Shown here piece by piece: positions 29,421 through 39,549 of a stretch of DNA of 64,000 nt (within the stretch, counting starts at the first letter, position 1; every line of letters starts with the position of its first letter). The notes under the pieces are model-generated. The model was given only the letters and a program-made list of their open reading frames with translations. It was not told the origin of the DNA and did not search any database. The stretch spans positions 1 through 64,000 of the forward strand of contig MEQL01000061.1 in the NCBI GenBank assembly GCA_001770205.1, in the 5' to 3' direction. Origin of the DNA: Bdellovibrionales bacterium RIFOXYD12_FULL_39_22 (GTDB taxonomy: Bacteria > Bdellovibrionota > Bacteriovoracia > Bacteriovoracales > Bacteriovoracaceae). A program made the position numbers and the translations under genes.

Positions 29421-30470
29421 CTATCCCAAAAGTGCCGAGATGTAGTCGTTCAAATTAAATGAATTTATGTCCTCAACGCTTTCTCCTACGCCAATATAGA
29501 CTATGGGGACTGCGAGTTGTTCGACAATTGCAATGGCCCCTCCGGCCTTGGAAGAGCTATCGCATTTAGTAAAAATAAGTCCAGTCAACTTTAACGTATT
29601 GTTAAATTCTATGGCCTGCCGAATGGCATTTTGCCCAGTTATGGCATCAAGTACCAGCCAAACTTCATTTGGAGCTTTGGGGTCTAATTTCGCTAAAACA
29701 TTTTTAGTCTTTTTTAACTCTTCCATTAAATTTTCTTCGGTGTGTAGTCGTCCAGCAGTATCAAGTATACAATAGTCGGCCTGTCCATTTATGGCCTTTT
29801 GCAGTGCCTCATACGCAACACCTGATGGCCTTGAGCTCCCACTGGCCCGCACCATTTCCGCTCCCGCCCGCTCACACCATACCTGTAGTTGATCAACTGC
29901 GGCCGCCCGAAAAGTATCACAGGCACCGACAATTACCCGAGCTCCTTCTTTGGTGAATTTGGTGGCCAATTTTCCAATGGTGGTTGTTTTTCCCGCTCCG
30001 TTTACACCAACAACCATTATGCTGTGGGGAAATCCGCTTTTTTGTTCTGGAGATTTCGTTGTTACTGTTGATTGAATTTTTTCCATCTTCTCTCTAATGA
30101 AACTGGCCAATAGTTGTTTGAAATCGATATTCCCTCCGCTAACAGGGGCCGCACTTTTTATTTTTTCTAATAGTTCGTTAACTAATTTGGGGCCAATGTC
30201 TGAAGAATAAAGTAATTCCTCGATCTGCTCAAGTTCGGCCTTGTTCACCGAAGAGAGGGTGAGTAACTGACCAATTTTCCCCCAAATCTCAGAACGTGTT
30301 TGAGTAAGGCCTCGTTTTAAGCGGTCCGTCCAACTAACCTCTGGCACCTCGATTTTATTTTGTGGAGGAGGAGGGAGCGATTTTTTTTTAGCGTGATAAA
30401 AGAAAAACCAAAAGGCCCAAACAATGAGTCCGGTACAAGATATTCCCGCAACAATTATCCAAATATCCAT
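29421..30470 (-). CDS. ftsY: SRP receptor FtsY
   Basis: GVNGAGKTT, DTFRAAA, DTAGR, TKCD. Confidence 0.97.
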   Translation of the reverse strand: MDIWIIVAGISCTGLIVWAFWFFFYHAKKKSLPPPPQNKIEVPEVSWTDRLKRGLTQTRSEIWGKIGQLLTLSSVNKAELEQIEELLYSSDIGPKLVNELLEKIKSAAPVSGGNIDFKQLLASFIREKMEKIQSTVTTKSPEQKSGFPHSIMVVGVNGAGKTTTIGKLATKFTKEGARVIVGACDTFRAAAVDQLQVWCERAGAEMVRASGSSRPSGVAYEALQKAINGQADYCILDTAGRLHTEENLMEELKKTKNVLAKLDPKAPNEVWLVLDAITGQNAIRQAIEFNNTLKLTGLIFTKCDSSSKAGGAIAIVEQLAVPIVYIGVGESVEDINSFNLNDYISALLG

Positions 30471-30545
30471 TTATCAACCTCAATTATATTTTTGAATTAC
30501 GAATCTTTTTATTTGGGGCAGAATACTATACCATAGCTTGCATAT

Positions 30546-31514
30546 ATGAAAGATCAAAGATTATATCCATTATTTCTGTTAACTCAATCCATCCGAACCT
30601 TTTTTACCCAAAATGGTTTTTTAGATATAATCACCCCTCCCATGGTAAAAAATCCTGGGATGGAAACACATATCCATCCTTTCGAGGTGGTTTCTGCTGC
30701 TAATAGAAAAACTTCTGGCAGCTACTTACACACTTCTCCAGAATTTCATATGAAGGAGTTACTATCTTGGGGATATGAAAAAATATTCACCCTTGGATAT
30801 TGCTTTCGCGACGAAAACAAATCGCCTATTCATCGTCAGCAATTTGTAATGTTAGAGTGGTACCGTGCCAATTCGCGCTACGAATCTATTATGGAGGATT
30901 GTGAGAAACTACTTGCTTTTTGTGTCAGTGAATTTAAAAGAAATGGCATCGCCATTTCCGGTGATTTTTTATCATCCCCTTTTTGTAAAATGACAGTGCA
31001 AGAACTCTTTTTTAAGTTTCTTTCTGTGGATATTTTAAGTTTTTTAGAAATCGGGAAAATTAAAAAACTTCTTTTGGATACTTTTCCGGAAGCCCCTTGT
31101 CCGGCCGGCGATGATTTGGCGTGGGATGATTATTTTTTTCTTTTGTTTTTAAATAAAATAGAGCCACGCTTAAAAGAAATTCCTTTGCTTATCCTCTATG
31201 AATATCCATATCACTTAAGCGCTCTCTCTACTATCAAAGCAACTGATTCACGAGTATGTGAGCGTTTTGAAATTTATATTCATGGAGTGGAAATTGGAAA
31301 TTGTTTTAATGAACTTTGTGATATCAACATTCAAAAAGAGCGTTTTCACCAGCAGCATGCGGCCAAGAAAAAACTTTATGGATATAGCTTGCCAACGCCC
31401 CAGGTACTTTTTAATGCGCTAGAGCGTGGCCTGCCGCCGTCTGCCGGTATTGCCGTTGGAGTTGAGCGCTTGATGATGGCGTTGACGGGAAGGCCGGATC
31501 TTTTTTGGGATTAG
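30546..31514 (+). CDS. epmA: EF-P lysine aminoacylase (GenX/PoxA)
   Basis: LHTSPEFHMK, FRDE, LEWYR, ERFEIY, GIAVGVERL; no anticodon-binding domain. Confidence 0.9.
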   Translation: MKDQRLYPLFLLTQSIRTFFTQNGFLDIITPPMVKNPGMETHIHPFEVVSAANRKTSGSYLHTSPEFHMKELLSWGYEKIFTLGYCFRDENKSPIHRQQFVMLEWYRANSRYESIMEDCEKLLAFCVSEFKRNGIAISGDFLSSPFCKMTVQELFFKFLSVDILSFLEIGKIKKLLLDTFPEAPCPAGDDLAWDDYFFLLFLNKIEPRLKEIPLLILYEYPYHLSALSTIKATDSRVCERFEIYIHGVEIGNCFNELCDINIQKERFHQQHAAKKKLYGYSLPTPQVLFNALERGLPPSAGIAVGVERLMMALTGRPDLFWD

Positions 31515-31555
31515 CTAGCATGGCCAAAGAAATGCAATCAATCCAATCATCGAAA

Positions 31556-32377
31556 CTACATAATCTTATTATAAATCATATGTAATTTAATAATAACTTC
31601 TGCTTTAGCATGTTGCAACGGCACCTCCTTAACCCATTCTCGGTGAATACGCTTAGAACTATTTTTACGAATCTCTCCCTGCATATTATCGGCAAAGGCC
31701 TTGGCCAAATCACTAGAAAAGACCGCATACCAATTGTAAAAATCATCAGGAGATTGTGCATACAAGGCATCAATAACTTCAAGGGCGTTTTCGGTAACAA
31801 TGCGCTTTACGGTATGGCCATTAAACTGTGAAATAGCATCACTACTAACTTCCATATTCAAAAACTTTCCAAAAATATCTTGCGTAAATTCAATGGCCCC
31901 GGTGCTAACTGGGCCCTTAATTTGCTCCAGGCCTCGATATTCACTATCTAGTACTAGCGCCCGATAAATTCCCTCGCGAGTTCCCTTTTGGCCTAAGACA
32001 TTCATCCAGCTGGCCACTTCCTCTTCTCGTATCTCTCGATTTTTTACTGCTAAAAAAAGATCGGCCAAGAAAAGGTAGTTGTATTTTTCCACTTCTTCGC
32101 TCTTGGCATTCAAGGCGACATCATCGGGAGACTTGCTATCTCCGCGCTCTTGGATGGCCATGGCCTTATCCTTGATTTCTGGGATTTTAGGAAGAAGAAT
32201 CTCTTCTTCCTCACTGTTTTCTTTTTCCGCAAAAGTTCCAGGAAAATAGTTATTAATTGTTTCGGTAATAAAAGAGATAATCGGCCTGGTATATTTCTCA
32301 ACGGCCGTTTCTGCCTGAATTGGCCGCATAGATAACCAACAGATAATTGCAATCGAAAAAAACAGATGACTCTTCAT
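31556..32377 (-). CDS. Secreted hypothetical protein
   Basis: Signal peptide, AGGAG RBS. Confidence 0.7.
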   Translation of the reverse strand: MKSHLFFSIAIICWLSMRPIQAETAVEKYTRPIISFITETINNYFPGTFAEKENSEEEEILLPKIPEIKDKAMAIQERGDSKSPDDVALNAKSEEVEKYNYLFLADLFLAVKNREIREEEVASWMNVLGQKGTREGIYRALVLDSEYRGLEQIKGPVSTGAIEFTQDIFGKFLNMEVSSDAISQFNGHTVKRIVTENALEVIDALYAQSPDDFYNWYAVFSSDLAKAFADNMQGEIRKNSSKRIHREWVKEVPLQHAKAEVIIKLHMIYNKIM

Positions 32378-32463
32378 GTCTCGTTCTCCTGTGTGGAAAT
32401 AGATATTCTATTGGTACTAGTTGTGCTGATAGGATAAGTGGATTTTTGCTTGTAAGGCAAGAA

Positions 32464-32679
32464 TTAATTTAAATCGCGCGAAAGCAGTTCCTTGATTTTT
32501 TCCCAATTCAAAAGAATCTCATCCATTTTTGCTGGCATCAGACTAGACATTCGCCTGGCCAGAATTTTATCAAACTCAAATTTGTCATTAACTAAATTGA
32601 CCGCCTGACTTAGTGCTGAAAGTTCCGCATTGAAATCATGTATAAGCCTGTTAATTTCATCTTTACTCATTTTGCTCAT
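32464..32679 (-). CDS. Small protein resembling a stand-alone HisKA (DHp) helix pair
   Basis: H-box-like LIHDFNAEL; starts directly after the activator stop. Confidence 0.5.
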   Translation of the reverse strand: MSKMSKDEINRLIHDFNAELSALSQAVNLVNDKFEFDKILARRMSSLMPAKMDEILLNWEKIKELLSRDLN

Positions 32680-34101
32680 TTAATCTTCCAGCGGAACGCC
32701 TTCGGGTAGAAATCCTCGCCCCTTGATTCGGTAAAAATAGTTGTTGGATATTTGCAATTCCGTCAGCGTCTTTCTTACTTTAAACTCATTTCTCTCTAAA
32801 AAATAAAGTGTGAGCTTTTTTTCGATCTCATTTATGGCCGCGGCCAATCCCTCGCTTTCTACTTTGTTGATTATGGCCGAAGAAAGAAGCTCATCGCGAT
32901 TATCTTCCGCTTCTTGGGCGCGTGAATAAGAGGTGAGTGTGGTTGTGGTTGTTGTTACTGTTGCTGCGATAGTTGCTGGAAGCAGATGGCCTGGCAAATC
33001 GACAATATCTACAATCCCTCGGCTTTTTACTAGCAACAACTCGATAACTTTTTTAAGTTCGCGAACATTTCCTGGCCAATTATTATTTTCTAGGAAATTT
33101 TGCAAGGCGCTTGAGAAAACAACTTTGCGCGGAAACTCTTTTTGAAAATGTTTGATTAGAAGGGGAATATCTTTTTTTCTCTCCCGCAAGGCCGGTATAT
33201 AAAAATTAATTCCCTCTAAACGAAAATAGAGGTCGGCGCGAAATTTTTTCTCCGCCACCAACTCTTCTAACGAGTCACAGGTCGCACTAATCAATTTAAA
33301 ATTAGATTTGCTTAAAACGTTGGAGCCCAGCGGATAATAAGTTTTTTCTTCTAAAACTTTTAATAACTTTTTTTGCGTAGATAATGGAATGGTGCCAATT
33401 TCATCAAGAAACAACGTACCATTGTTGGCCAAATCTATTTTCCCTCTACGACTCTGTTCTGCTCCAGAGAAGGCCCCTTTTTCATATCCAAATAATTCTG
33501 ACTCAATTAAGTTTTCCGGTATCTCTGAACAATTAAGATGTACAAAATTGCCCAGTGAAGCGTAGGCAAATTTATGGATTAGTTTTGCTAACATAGTTTT
33601 TCCTGTTCCTGTCTCTCCTTGAATAAGAACCGGACGATTATGTGCAGAAAGTTCTGCTAATATCTCTAGTTGTTTTATTAGATTATTATCTTGAGTTAAG
33701 AATTCATAAGAAAACATGTCGGCCAGCTGGGCCTGGCCTTTTATTATATTAAATTTTCCAATTACCAACTCAAGCGCGCGATGATCGAAGGGTTTGCTCA
33801 AAAAATCGTGACAACCTCGTTCGTATGCCTGTTGAATATAGCGATTTTCCTCTCGTCCACTAAGTACAATTGTATAAGCTCCGCTCGCACGGGCCTTAAC
33901 AATAATTTCTAATCCGGCCAATTCCCGTTCTAAATCCAAATCAATGAAAATCATATCATATTTTTTTGCCTCAATTTTTTTGATGGCCGAGACTGAATCA
34001 GCGGCCTCCTCGGTGGCCGCAAATCCCTCGAGAAGGCAAGAGAGAGTTATTCGCGAAAGCTCATCATCTTCTACAATCAGAGCACTGTGTTTTTTTGTCA
34101 T
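32680..34101 (-). CDS. NtrC-family sigma-54-dependent response regulator
   Basis: REC domain (VEDD, FIDL, SKPF), GETGTGKT, ESELFG, GAFSGA, LFLDEI, WPGNVREL. Confidence 0.95.
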   Translation of the reverse strand: MTKKHSALIVEDDELSRITLSCLLEGFAATEEAADSVSAIKKIEAKKYDMIFIDLDLERELAGLEIIVKARASGAYTIVLSGREENRYIQQAYERGCHDFLSKPFDHRALELVIGKFNIIKGQAQLADMFSYEFLTQDNNLIKQLEILAELSAHNRPVLIQGETGTGKTMLAKLIHKFAYASLGNFVHLNCSEIPENLIESELFGYEKGAFSGAEQSRRGKIDLANNGTLFLDEIGTIPLSTQKKLLKVLEEKTYYPLGSNVLSKSNFKLISATCDSLEELVAEKKFRADLYFRLEGINFYIPALRERKKDIPLLIKHFQKEFPRKVVFSSALQNFLENNNWPGNVRELKKVIELLLVKSRGIVDIVDLPGHLLPATIAATVTTTTTTLTSYSRAQEAEDNRDELLSSAIINKVESEGLAAAINEIEKKLTLYFLERNEFKVRKTLTELQISNNYFYRIKGRGFLPEGVPLED

Positions 34102-34510
34102 AATTTTTTATGATACACTTCAACAAATTTTTAACAATATTTGCTGAAAAATTTATATAGTGATTTGCTTGTAATATTAGATAGATGCTTTTAAAATATT
34201 TCTGTCTCAAATTCTAAAATTTTAGGCATGCCCAGAAAAATGGGCATTCCGAGAAAAAATATATATAAAAATAGTTAACTGCCTAAAAAATCTTTCTACT
34301 TACTAGACCAGAGTAGTTCGCTTGTTTGTCATTATTTTTTTCTTTTATTTTACGTAGTTGGCAAAAACTCGTGGCCTTTCTCTTCAATTTTATCAAAAAA
34401 TCATAAAAAACAGATATAGGAATTATTTTGGTGATAAAATTTAATTATTGAGATCACACTGCAGAAGAAATTTAAAATTGCCGGCAGTGGACTCAAGACG
34501 CGAGGTCTAT

Positions 34511-36253
34511 ATGAGAATAAAAAATAAAATAAATCTCTTTCCCATTTTGGTTGTTTTGGGAACAATATTCATCGCTAGCTGCGTTAGCGAAGTTACCTCC
34601 GTAAAGTGGAGGCGCGCCCCGGTTACTCGTCCGGCCACTCTCGTAGCAACCGCGACTCCTCTTCCCGCCGCAACTGCAACGGCCACTCCCGTAGGATCTT
34701 TTGTTTTCTCCAACGCCTCTGGTACGGAATTCACCGACAGTGCCGATTATGAGTTCACTTGGGAAAAAGGAGTAGAATCGCCGGCCGATACCCATTTCCA
34801 TTATTCTCTGCATACTATGGCCGGCTGCTCAACCACGGCCACTGCTACCGGCGTCGAAAACTCTCTGGCAGCACTCTTACCATTAGAAATTGGTGCAAAC
34901 TATTTGCAACTTATTATGCACGATGGCCTTGAAAACCTCCTTGATAGCGGCTGCTCGGGAAGAGTTATTAGAACCGGGGCAAAGCAATTAACATCATCTT
35001 TTGGATTTACTGGGCTAGATTTTTCCGCCCAATTGGGTGATTACATTTACTTTACATCAAGTGTTGGGCTTCCTGAAGAGATGGGTGTTTGGAAAATAAA
35101 AAGTGACGGAACCAATGTTTCACGCGTTAAACAGCTGGTCATGATTTCGAGGGCCTTATTTGAGCAATTGGGAGATATTATAATTTTCAACGCAAGCGAT
35201 GGTACTAGTGGCGACCAGTTATGGAAAACAGATGGAACTGAAATAGGTACACAACTTGTTAAAATAATTTCTCCCGGAGGATCTACTTTTCGAAAATCCT
35301 ACGGAGTAATAAATGGTTATTTATATTTTTCGGCATCAACCATGGATGAGGGTTATGAGATGTGGAAAACCGACGGGAGTGAGGCCAACACAGTTATGGT
35401 GGCGGATATAAATAGTGGGCCGTCAAATGGGCTTCCAAGTTTTGAAGACAGTCAGACCGTTTTTACTGGCGGCTTTTTATACTTTTTTGCAGATAATGGA
35501 ACAAGCGGAATGGAAATTTGGAAAACTGAAGGCACGTCTGCTCCCATCATAACAGCAGATGTGGATACCTCATTTCCTCGTCCTCTAAAAATGGCCCTTT
35601 CAACTAACGGCATTGTGCATTTTGCCAATGACGGTGTAAATGGCTATCAGCTCTGGAGAACCAGCACCACCAATTCTGACAGTACCATGATAAAAACAAT
35701 TGTAGAGGGCGGCATCCTCTCTACTGGAAGCATCTTCTCTCCTTTAGGAAATGGCCAAGTGATCTTTACGGTGGGAGGAGCTTCCGGGCCAGAACTTTGG
35801 GTTACAGATGGCAGTGCCCTTGGAACAACAAAGCTACAAACAATCTGTGAAATGTGTTCTTTTGGTTGGGGAAGTACCCCCTTTGTTATCACCGGCCAAG
35901 AACTGTTTTACACCATCTTTGACTCTGCTACTGGTGATTATAATTTGTGGAAAAGCGACGGAACAATACCTGGAACGATACTCCTTGATGCCTTTGGGTC
36001 TGATTCGTTATTTGATTTTATTGCCTTAAGCAATAACAAAATAGCTTTTTTTATCGACGGATTTGAAAATAACGGCATTTGGCTTTGGGATGATGCAATA
36101 GCTACTTCTACTCGCGTACTTATCGGAAATACTGTACATTTTGGTGCTCCACCACATCCCATAAGAATCTCTACCTTCTCCAACGCCATCTATTTTTCAA
36201 ATGACGACATGGTAGGAGGTATATTCCCGTGGGCCTATTATTACGCAGACTAA
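34511..36253 (+). CDS. ELWxxDGT-repeat beta-propeller lipoprotein
   Basis: Lipobox IASC; repeats QLWKTDGT, EMWKTDGS, EIWKTEGT, ELWVTDGS, NLWKSDGT. Confidence 0.85.
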   Translation: MRIKNKINLFPILVVLGTIFIASCVSEVTSVKWRRAPVTRPATLVATATPLPAATATATPVGSFVFSNASGTEFTDSADYEFTWEKGVESPADTHFHYSLHTMAGCSTTATATGVENSLAALLPLEIGANYLQLIMHDGLENLLDSGCSGRVIRTGAKQLTSSFGFTGLDFSAQLGDYIYFTSSVGLPEEMGVWKIKSDGTNVSRVKQLVMISRALFEQLGDIIIFNASDGTSGDQLWKTDGTEIGTQLVKIISPGGSTFRKSYGVINGYLYFSASTMDEGYEMWKTDGSEANTVMVADINSGPSNGLPSFEDSQTVFTGGFLYFFADNGTSGMEIWKTEGTSAPIITADVDTSFPRPLKMALSTNGIVHFANDGVNGYQLWRTSTTNSDSTMIKTIVEGGILSTGSIFSPLGNGQVIFTVGGASGPELWVTDGSALGTTKLQTICEMCSFGWGSTPFVITGQELFYTIFDSATGDYNLWKSDGTIPGTILLDAFGSDSLFDFIALSNNKIAFFIDGFENNGIWLWDDAIATSTRVLIGNTVHFGAPPHPIRISTFSNAIYFSNDDMVGGIFPWAYYYAD

Positions 36254-36933
36254 TTGCTGCTTTTAATTTCCCAAAACTTTAATGCCAAGCGCGCCTGTCG
36301 CTCTAAAAGCTCCAGGCCATCCATGTATGCTGGCACCTTCTGGCGTTGTCTTTCATTGTCATAGTTGTAATCCCAAAAAAGAGATTGAAAAGAAAGTTGG
36401 CCGCAAAAAAGAAAATCTTTTAGACAACTGTTAATTACTAGCGTTTTTTTTGAATGCAAATTACTAAGATCTAGTTGCGAAATATCCCCATTTTTTTTAC
36501 GCGAATAAACGGTTGTAGCAATTTTTTTTTGCAGCATTATTTTTTGTGTAACTAATGACATGGCGCCATCACCCAAAATAACTACTTCATTAAATTTATC
36601 ACGTTCCATCATTTGATCAAAAATTTCTATAATTGCAAAATAATCAGTATTGGTGGCAAAATACTTCCCCTTTTTTTGGCACAGACAATTAATCGCCTGC
36701 AAGGATGCAACCGCTGGCCCCACCGACACCTCCTTCAAAAAAATACGTTTATAAGGGGCGGTGATACTTAGGCCCTCTATCTTTGAAGCAAATATTGTAT
36801 CAAGAGAGGGGATCTCTTGGGGAGTGACGCAATCAATAAGCTTATAATCAATCTTTTCCCCCAGTAAGTTTTCGTAAACTTTCTTGGATTTTGACTGCTG
36901 AATGTTTTTTCCTAACAATGCTAGAGAGATCAT
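36250..36933 (-). CDS. aroE: Shikimate dehydrogenase
   Basis: SKS, ITAPYK, AINC, NTD, DYNY, DGLELLERQA. Confidence 0.85.
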   Translation of the reverse strand: MISLALLGKNIQQSKSKKVYENLLGEKIDYKLIDCVTPQEIPSLDTIFASKIEGLSITAPYKRIFLKEVSVGPAVASLQAINCLCQKKGKYFATNTDYFAIIEIFDQMMERDKFNEVVILGDGAMSLVTQKIMLQKKIATTVYSRKKNGDISQLDLSNLHSKKTLVINSCLKDFLFCGQLSFQSLFWDYNYDNERQRQKVPAYMDGLELLERQARLALKFWEIKSSN

Positions 36934-37865
36934 ATATTGGTTTTAAAATGATTTCTGGCCGCAGAAACATCGGCCGTTATTTGATAAATTAAATCATTTG
37001 CTGAGGGAAATTTTTTTTCCGAACGAAGCCTTTTTATAAAAGCAACAGAAATTTCTTCTCCATAAAGATCCTTGTCGAAATCAAATATATTCGTCTCTAC
37101 ATTGATAATATTTCCAGCTTTAAAGGTTGGATTGGTTCCGATGTTGGTAATGGAATTATAAATTTTGGAAGCACCGGCCTTTGTTTGTGTAACATATACT
37201 CCGAAGGGAGGAATTAATCTTTCTGTCGAAATTTGAATATTGGCAGTTGGAAACCCCAGCATTCTGCCTCGGCCATCGCCTTTAATTACTCGCCCGGCAA
37301 GTAAAAAAAGGCGTCCCAAAAGTTGATTGGCCATTTCAATATTCCCCGCTTTAAGATAATGCCTTATCACCGAAGAGGAAATGGCCACACCTTCTTTGGC
37401 AAATTCTGCTTCAATTTCAATAGCAATCTTTTTTAAAGAACAATAGTTCTCTACAAAGGCATGATCTCCGCCCTTGTTTTTTCCAAAAGTAAAATCATGG
37501 CCAATAAAAAGTTTTTTTACCGAAAAATTATTTCCTGGGGGGAAAATGTATTGATCTAAAAACTTTTCCGGTAATAGATCACTAAAATCCCGAGTAAACT
37601 CAATTTCCATTAAGTAATCTATTCCCAATGCAGAAAGAAGCTCTCTTTTTTCTTCCGGAGAATTGATTAAGAAATCGCGCTTGGGGGTTAAAACTAGTTT
37701 AGGATGTGGCCAGAAAGTTACCAAAACAGTTGCCAGCTTTGATTTCTGACAACTTGCAACCACTTCTGCAAGAAGCGACTGATGCCCGAGATGAACGCCA
37801 TCAAAATTGCCAATAACAAGTCCTGCGTCGCTTTTGATTTCTCCAATATTTGCGATAGTAATCAT
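36930..37865 (-). CDS. ribF: Riboflavin kinase / FAD synthetase
   Basis: IGNFDGVHLGH, GHDFTFG, ISSS, LGFPTAN, NIGTNPT. Confidence 0.97.
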   Translation of the reverse strand: MITIANIGEIKSDAGLVIGNFDGVHLGHQSLLAEVVASCQKSKLATVLVTFWPHPKLVLTPKRDFLINSPEEKRELLSALGIDYLMEIEFTRDFSDLLPEKFLDQYIFPPGNNFSVKKLFIGHDFTFGKNKGGDHAFVENYCSLKKIAIEIEAEFAKEGVAISSSVIRHYLKAGNIEMANQLLGRLFLLAGRVIKGDGRGRMLGFPTANIQISTERLIPPFGVYVTQTKAGASKIYNSITNIGTNPTFKAGNIINVETNIFDFDKDLYGEEISVAFIKRLRSEKKFPSANDLIYQITADVSAARNHFKTNI

Positions 37866-39547
37866 TTTATTTTTTTCCGGCGAATTAGCGAAACTATTTC
37901 CTTAAAGTAATTGTTTCGAAAATTTATTTTTTCTTGCTTATTGTTGAATGTCTCATTTTCACAGCGACTAATCAACACCTGAAAATATTTTTTAGCGTTA
38001 TCAGAAAGTTGACTTTTTTCTATAATTTCTGAAAGTGATAATTGCGTGGAAATTGCGACATCCTCCGTTGATAGTAAGGCCGCCTTTGAATCAAAAATTA
38101 AATTATAGAGAGAAGAATAAACCACCCCCTTTTTTTTCATCAAAGCAATTTGGCCACTGATTTTTTTTATCAATGGATCATTTTCTGGGCGTTGTATAAA
38201 AAATGAGAGAAGAATTAAAAAACTAACAATGGCGATAACAACATTGGCCGACTTGAAATAGTTGATTGTATCGCGACGTAAAATAAACTCCGGCGGCATA
38301 AGATGATCTATCTTAGAGGCCAGATTTTTATCTGTTTTCTTAGACGCGTTGGGCATTGATTTTTCTTCACCGCTATCTACTATACTAGTGCTGTTGCTAG
38401 CACCGCCATTTGCTGCAACGATTATTCCGGGTAATTTTACGGCCTTTTCAAAATATTGTCGCCGCTCCGGATCAAACATAGAGATTGTTAGTTTGGAATC
38501 AGCGATATTAAGTGGCCCTCTTCCTAAATAAGTATAATCAAAAATCTTAGAAGAGGTCGTCTCATTAATTGTTTTAATTTCACTTTTGACATCAAAATCT
38601 TCTAGATTTTTATTAACATAAAGCGGGGGGGCAACCAGCTCTTCCAAATTACCCGGCCCGGTAACTATTAAGCGGACAGTTATCGGAACGTTAATATTAA
38701 AAGATTGCTGTGGCCGGTAGATTTCTAACTCATGGTTACCAATTAGTCCCGAAAAGTTAGCAGGTAATTTTTCAATTGGATAATCTAAAACCTCCACAAA
38801 AATTTTCTCACTGGCCACGGTGGACATACCACTATAACCTTGTGGTGTTGCACCAGGTGGATAATTTATTTTTACAGAAATTGGATCGATAGCAATTTTC
38901 CCAATTTTCTGAGGATAAAGACGTGCGGCATAAACTTCTACGCGCTGATATACTTTGTTCCCGCTAGCAAAGCGCTCTATACGGGGATTAGTGTCGCGAA
39001 AACGTTTTATAAAACCATCCAACTTGGGATATTGCTTAACTTCTTGCGAGATAAATGGAATGGAGGTTGCCAAAAAATAGCGCAAATCAATTCCCTCTCC
39101 CTTGATTATAGAATTTTTTGAAATAACCACTTCTACAAATTGATCTTTCGGCCGTGGCGCACTACTTTGCACAACAACTTCGAATCGCGCAGCGGCCAAC
39201 AACTTATCACCCGATTCAAAGCGAATATTAGTTACTCCTAATGATCCGACCTTGTCCGTTACCATTGAATAGGCATATCCCGTTTTTTGTATAGTGGTTA
39301 TTTTTCCATTATTGGTTAGTGTGCGAAGATCTTCTCGGATTAAGCGACGATTAAGTACTTCAAAATCTTTGGCGCCAAATGATATTCTAAACTCCTCTCC
39401 CGCAACAATATCTGCTTTAATAACTAATTCAAAGGCCTCGTTTTTTACTGGCCGGTTTGGCGTGGTATAGATATCTAAAATTCCCCCCCCACTTACACCA
39501 AAGGCAAAGTCTGTTATTACAAAAACTAGCAGTAATAAATATTTCAT
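37862..39547 (-). CDS. batD: BatD-family protein
   Basis: Signal peptide, Ig-like repeats, FSGLIG, GPGNL, FDPERRQY, C-terminal TM; operon context. Confidence 0.75.
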   Translation of the reverse strand: MKYLLLLVFVITDFAFGVSGGGILDIYTTPNRPVKNEAFELVIKADIVAGEEFRISFGAKDFEVLNRRLIREDLRTLTNNGKITTIQKTGYAYSMVTDKVGSLGVTNIRFESGDKLLAAARFEVVVQSSAPRPKDQFVEVVISKNSIIKGEGIDLRYFLATSIPFISQEVKQYPKLDGFIKRFRDTNPRIERFASGNKVYQRVEVYAARLYPQKIGKIAIDPISVKINYPPGATPQGYSGMSTVASEKIFVEVLDYPIEKLPANFSGLIGNHELEIYRPQQSFNINVPITVRLIVTGPGNLEELVAPPLYVNKNLEDFDVKSEIKTINETTSSKIFDYTYLGRGPLNIADSKLTISMFDPERRQYFEKAVKLPGIIVAANGGASNSTSIVDSGEEKSMPNASKKTDKNLASKIDHLMPPEFILRRDTINYFKSANVVIAIVSFLILLSFFIQRPENDPLIKKISGQIALMKKKGVVYSSLYNLIFDSKAALLSTEDVAISTQLSLSEIIEKSQLSDNAKKYFQVLISRCENETFNNKQEKINFRNNYFKEIVSLIRRKKIK

Positions 39548-39549
39548 CC

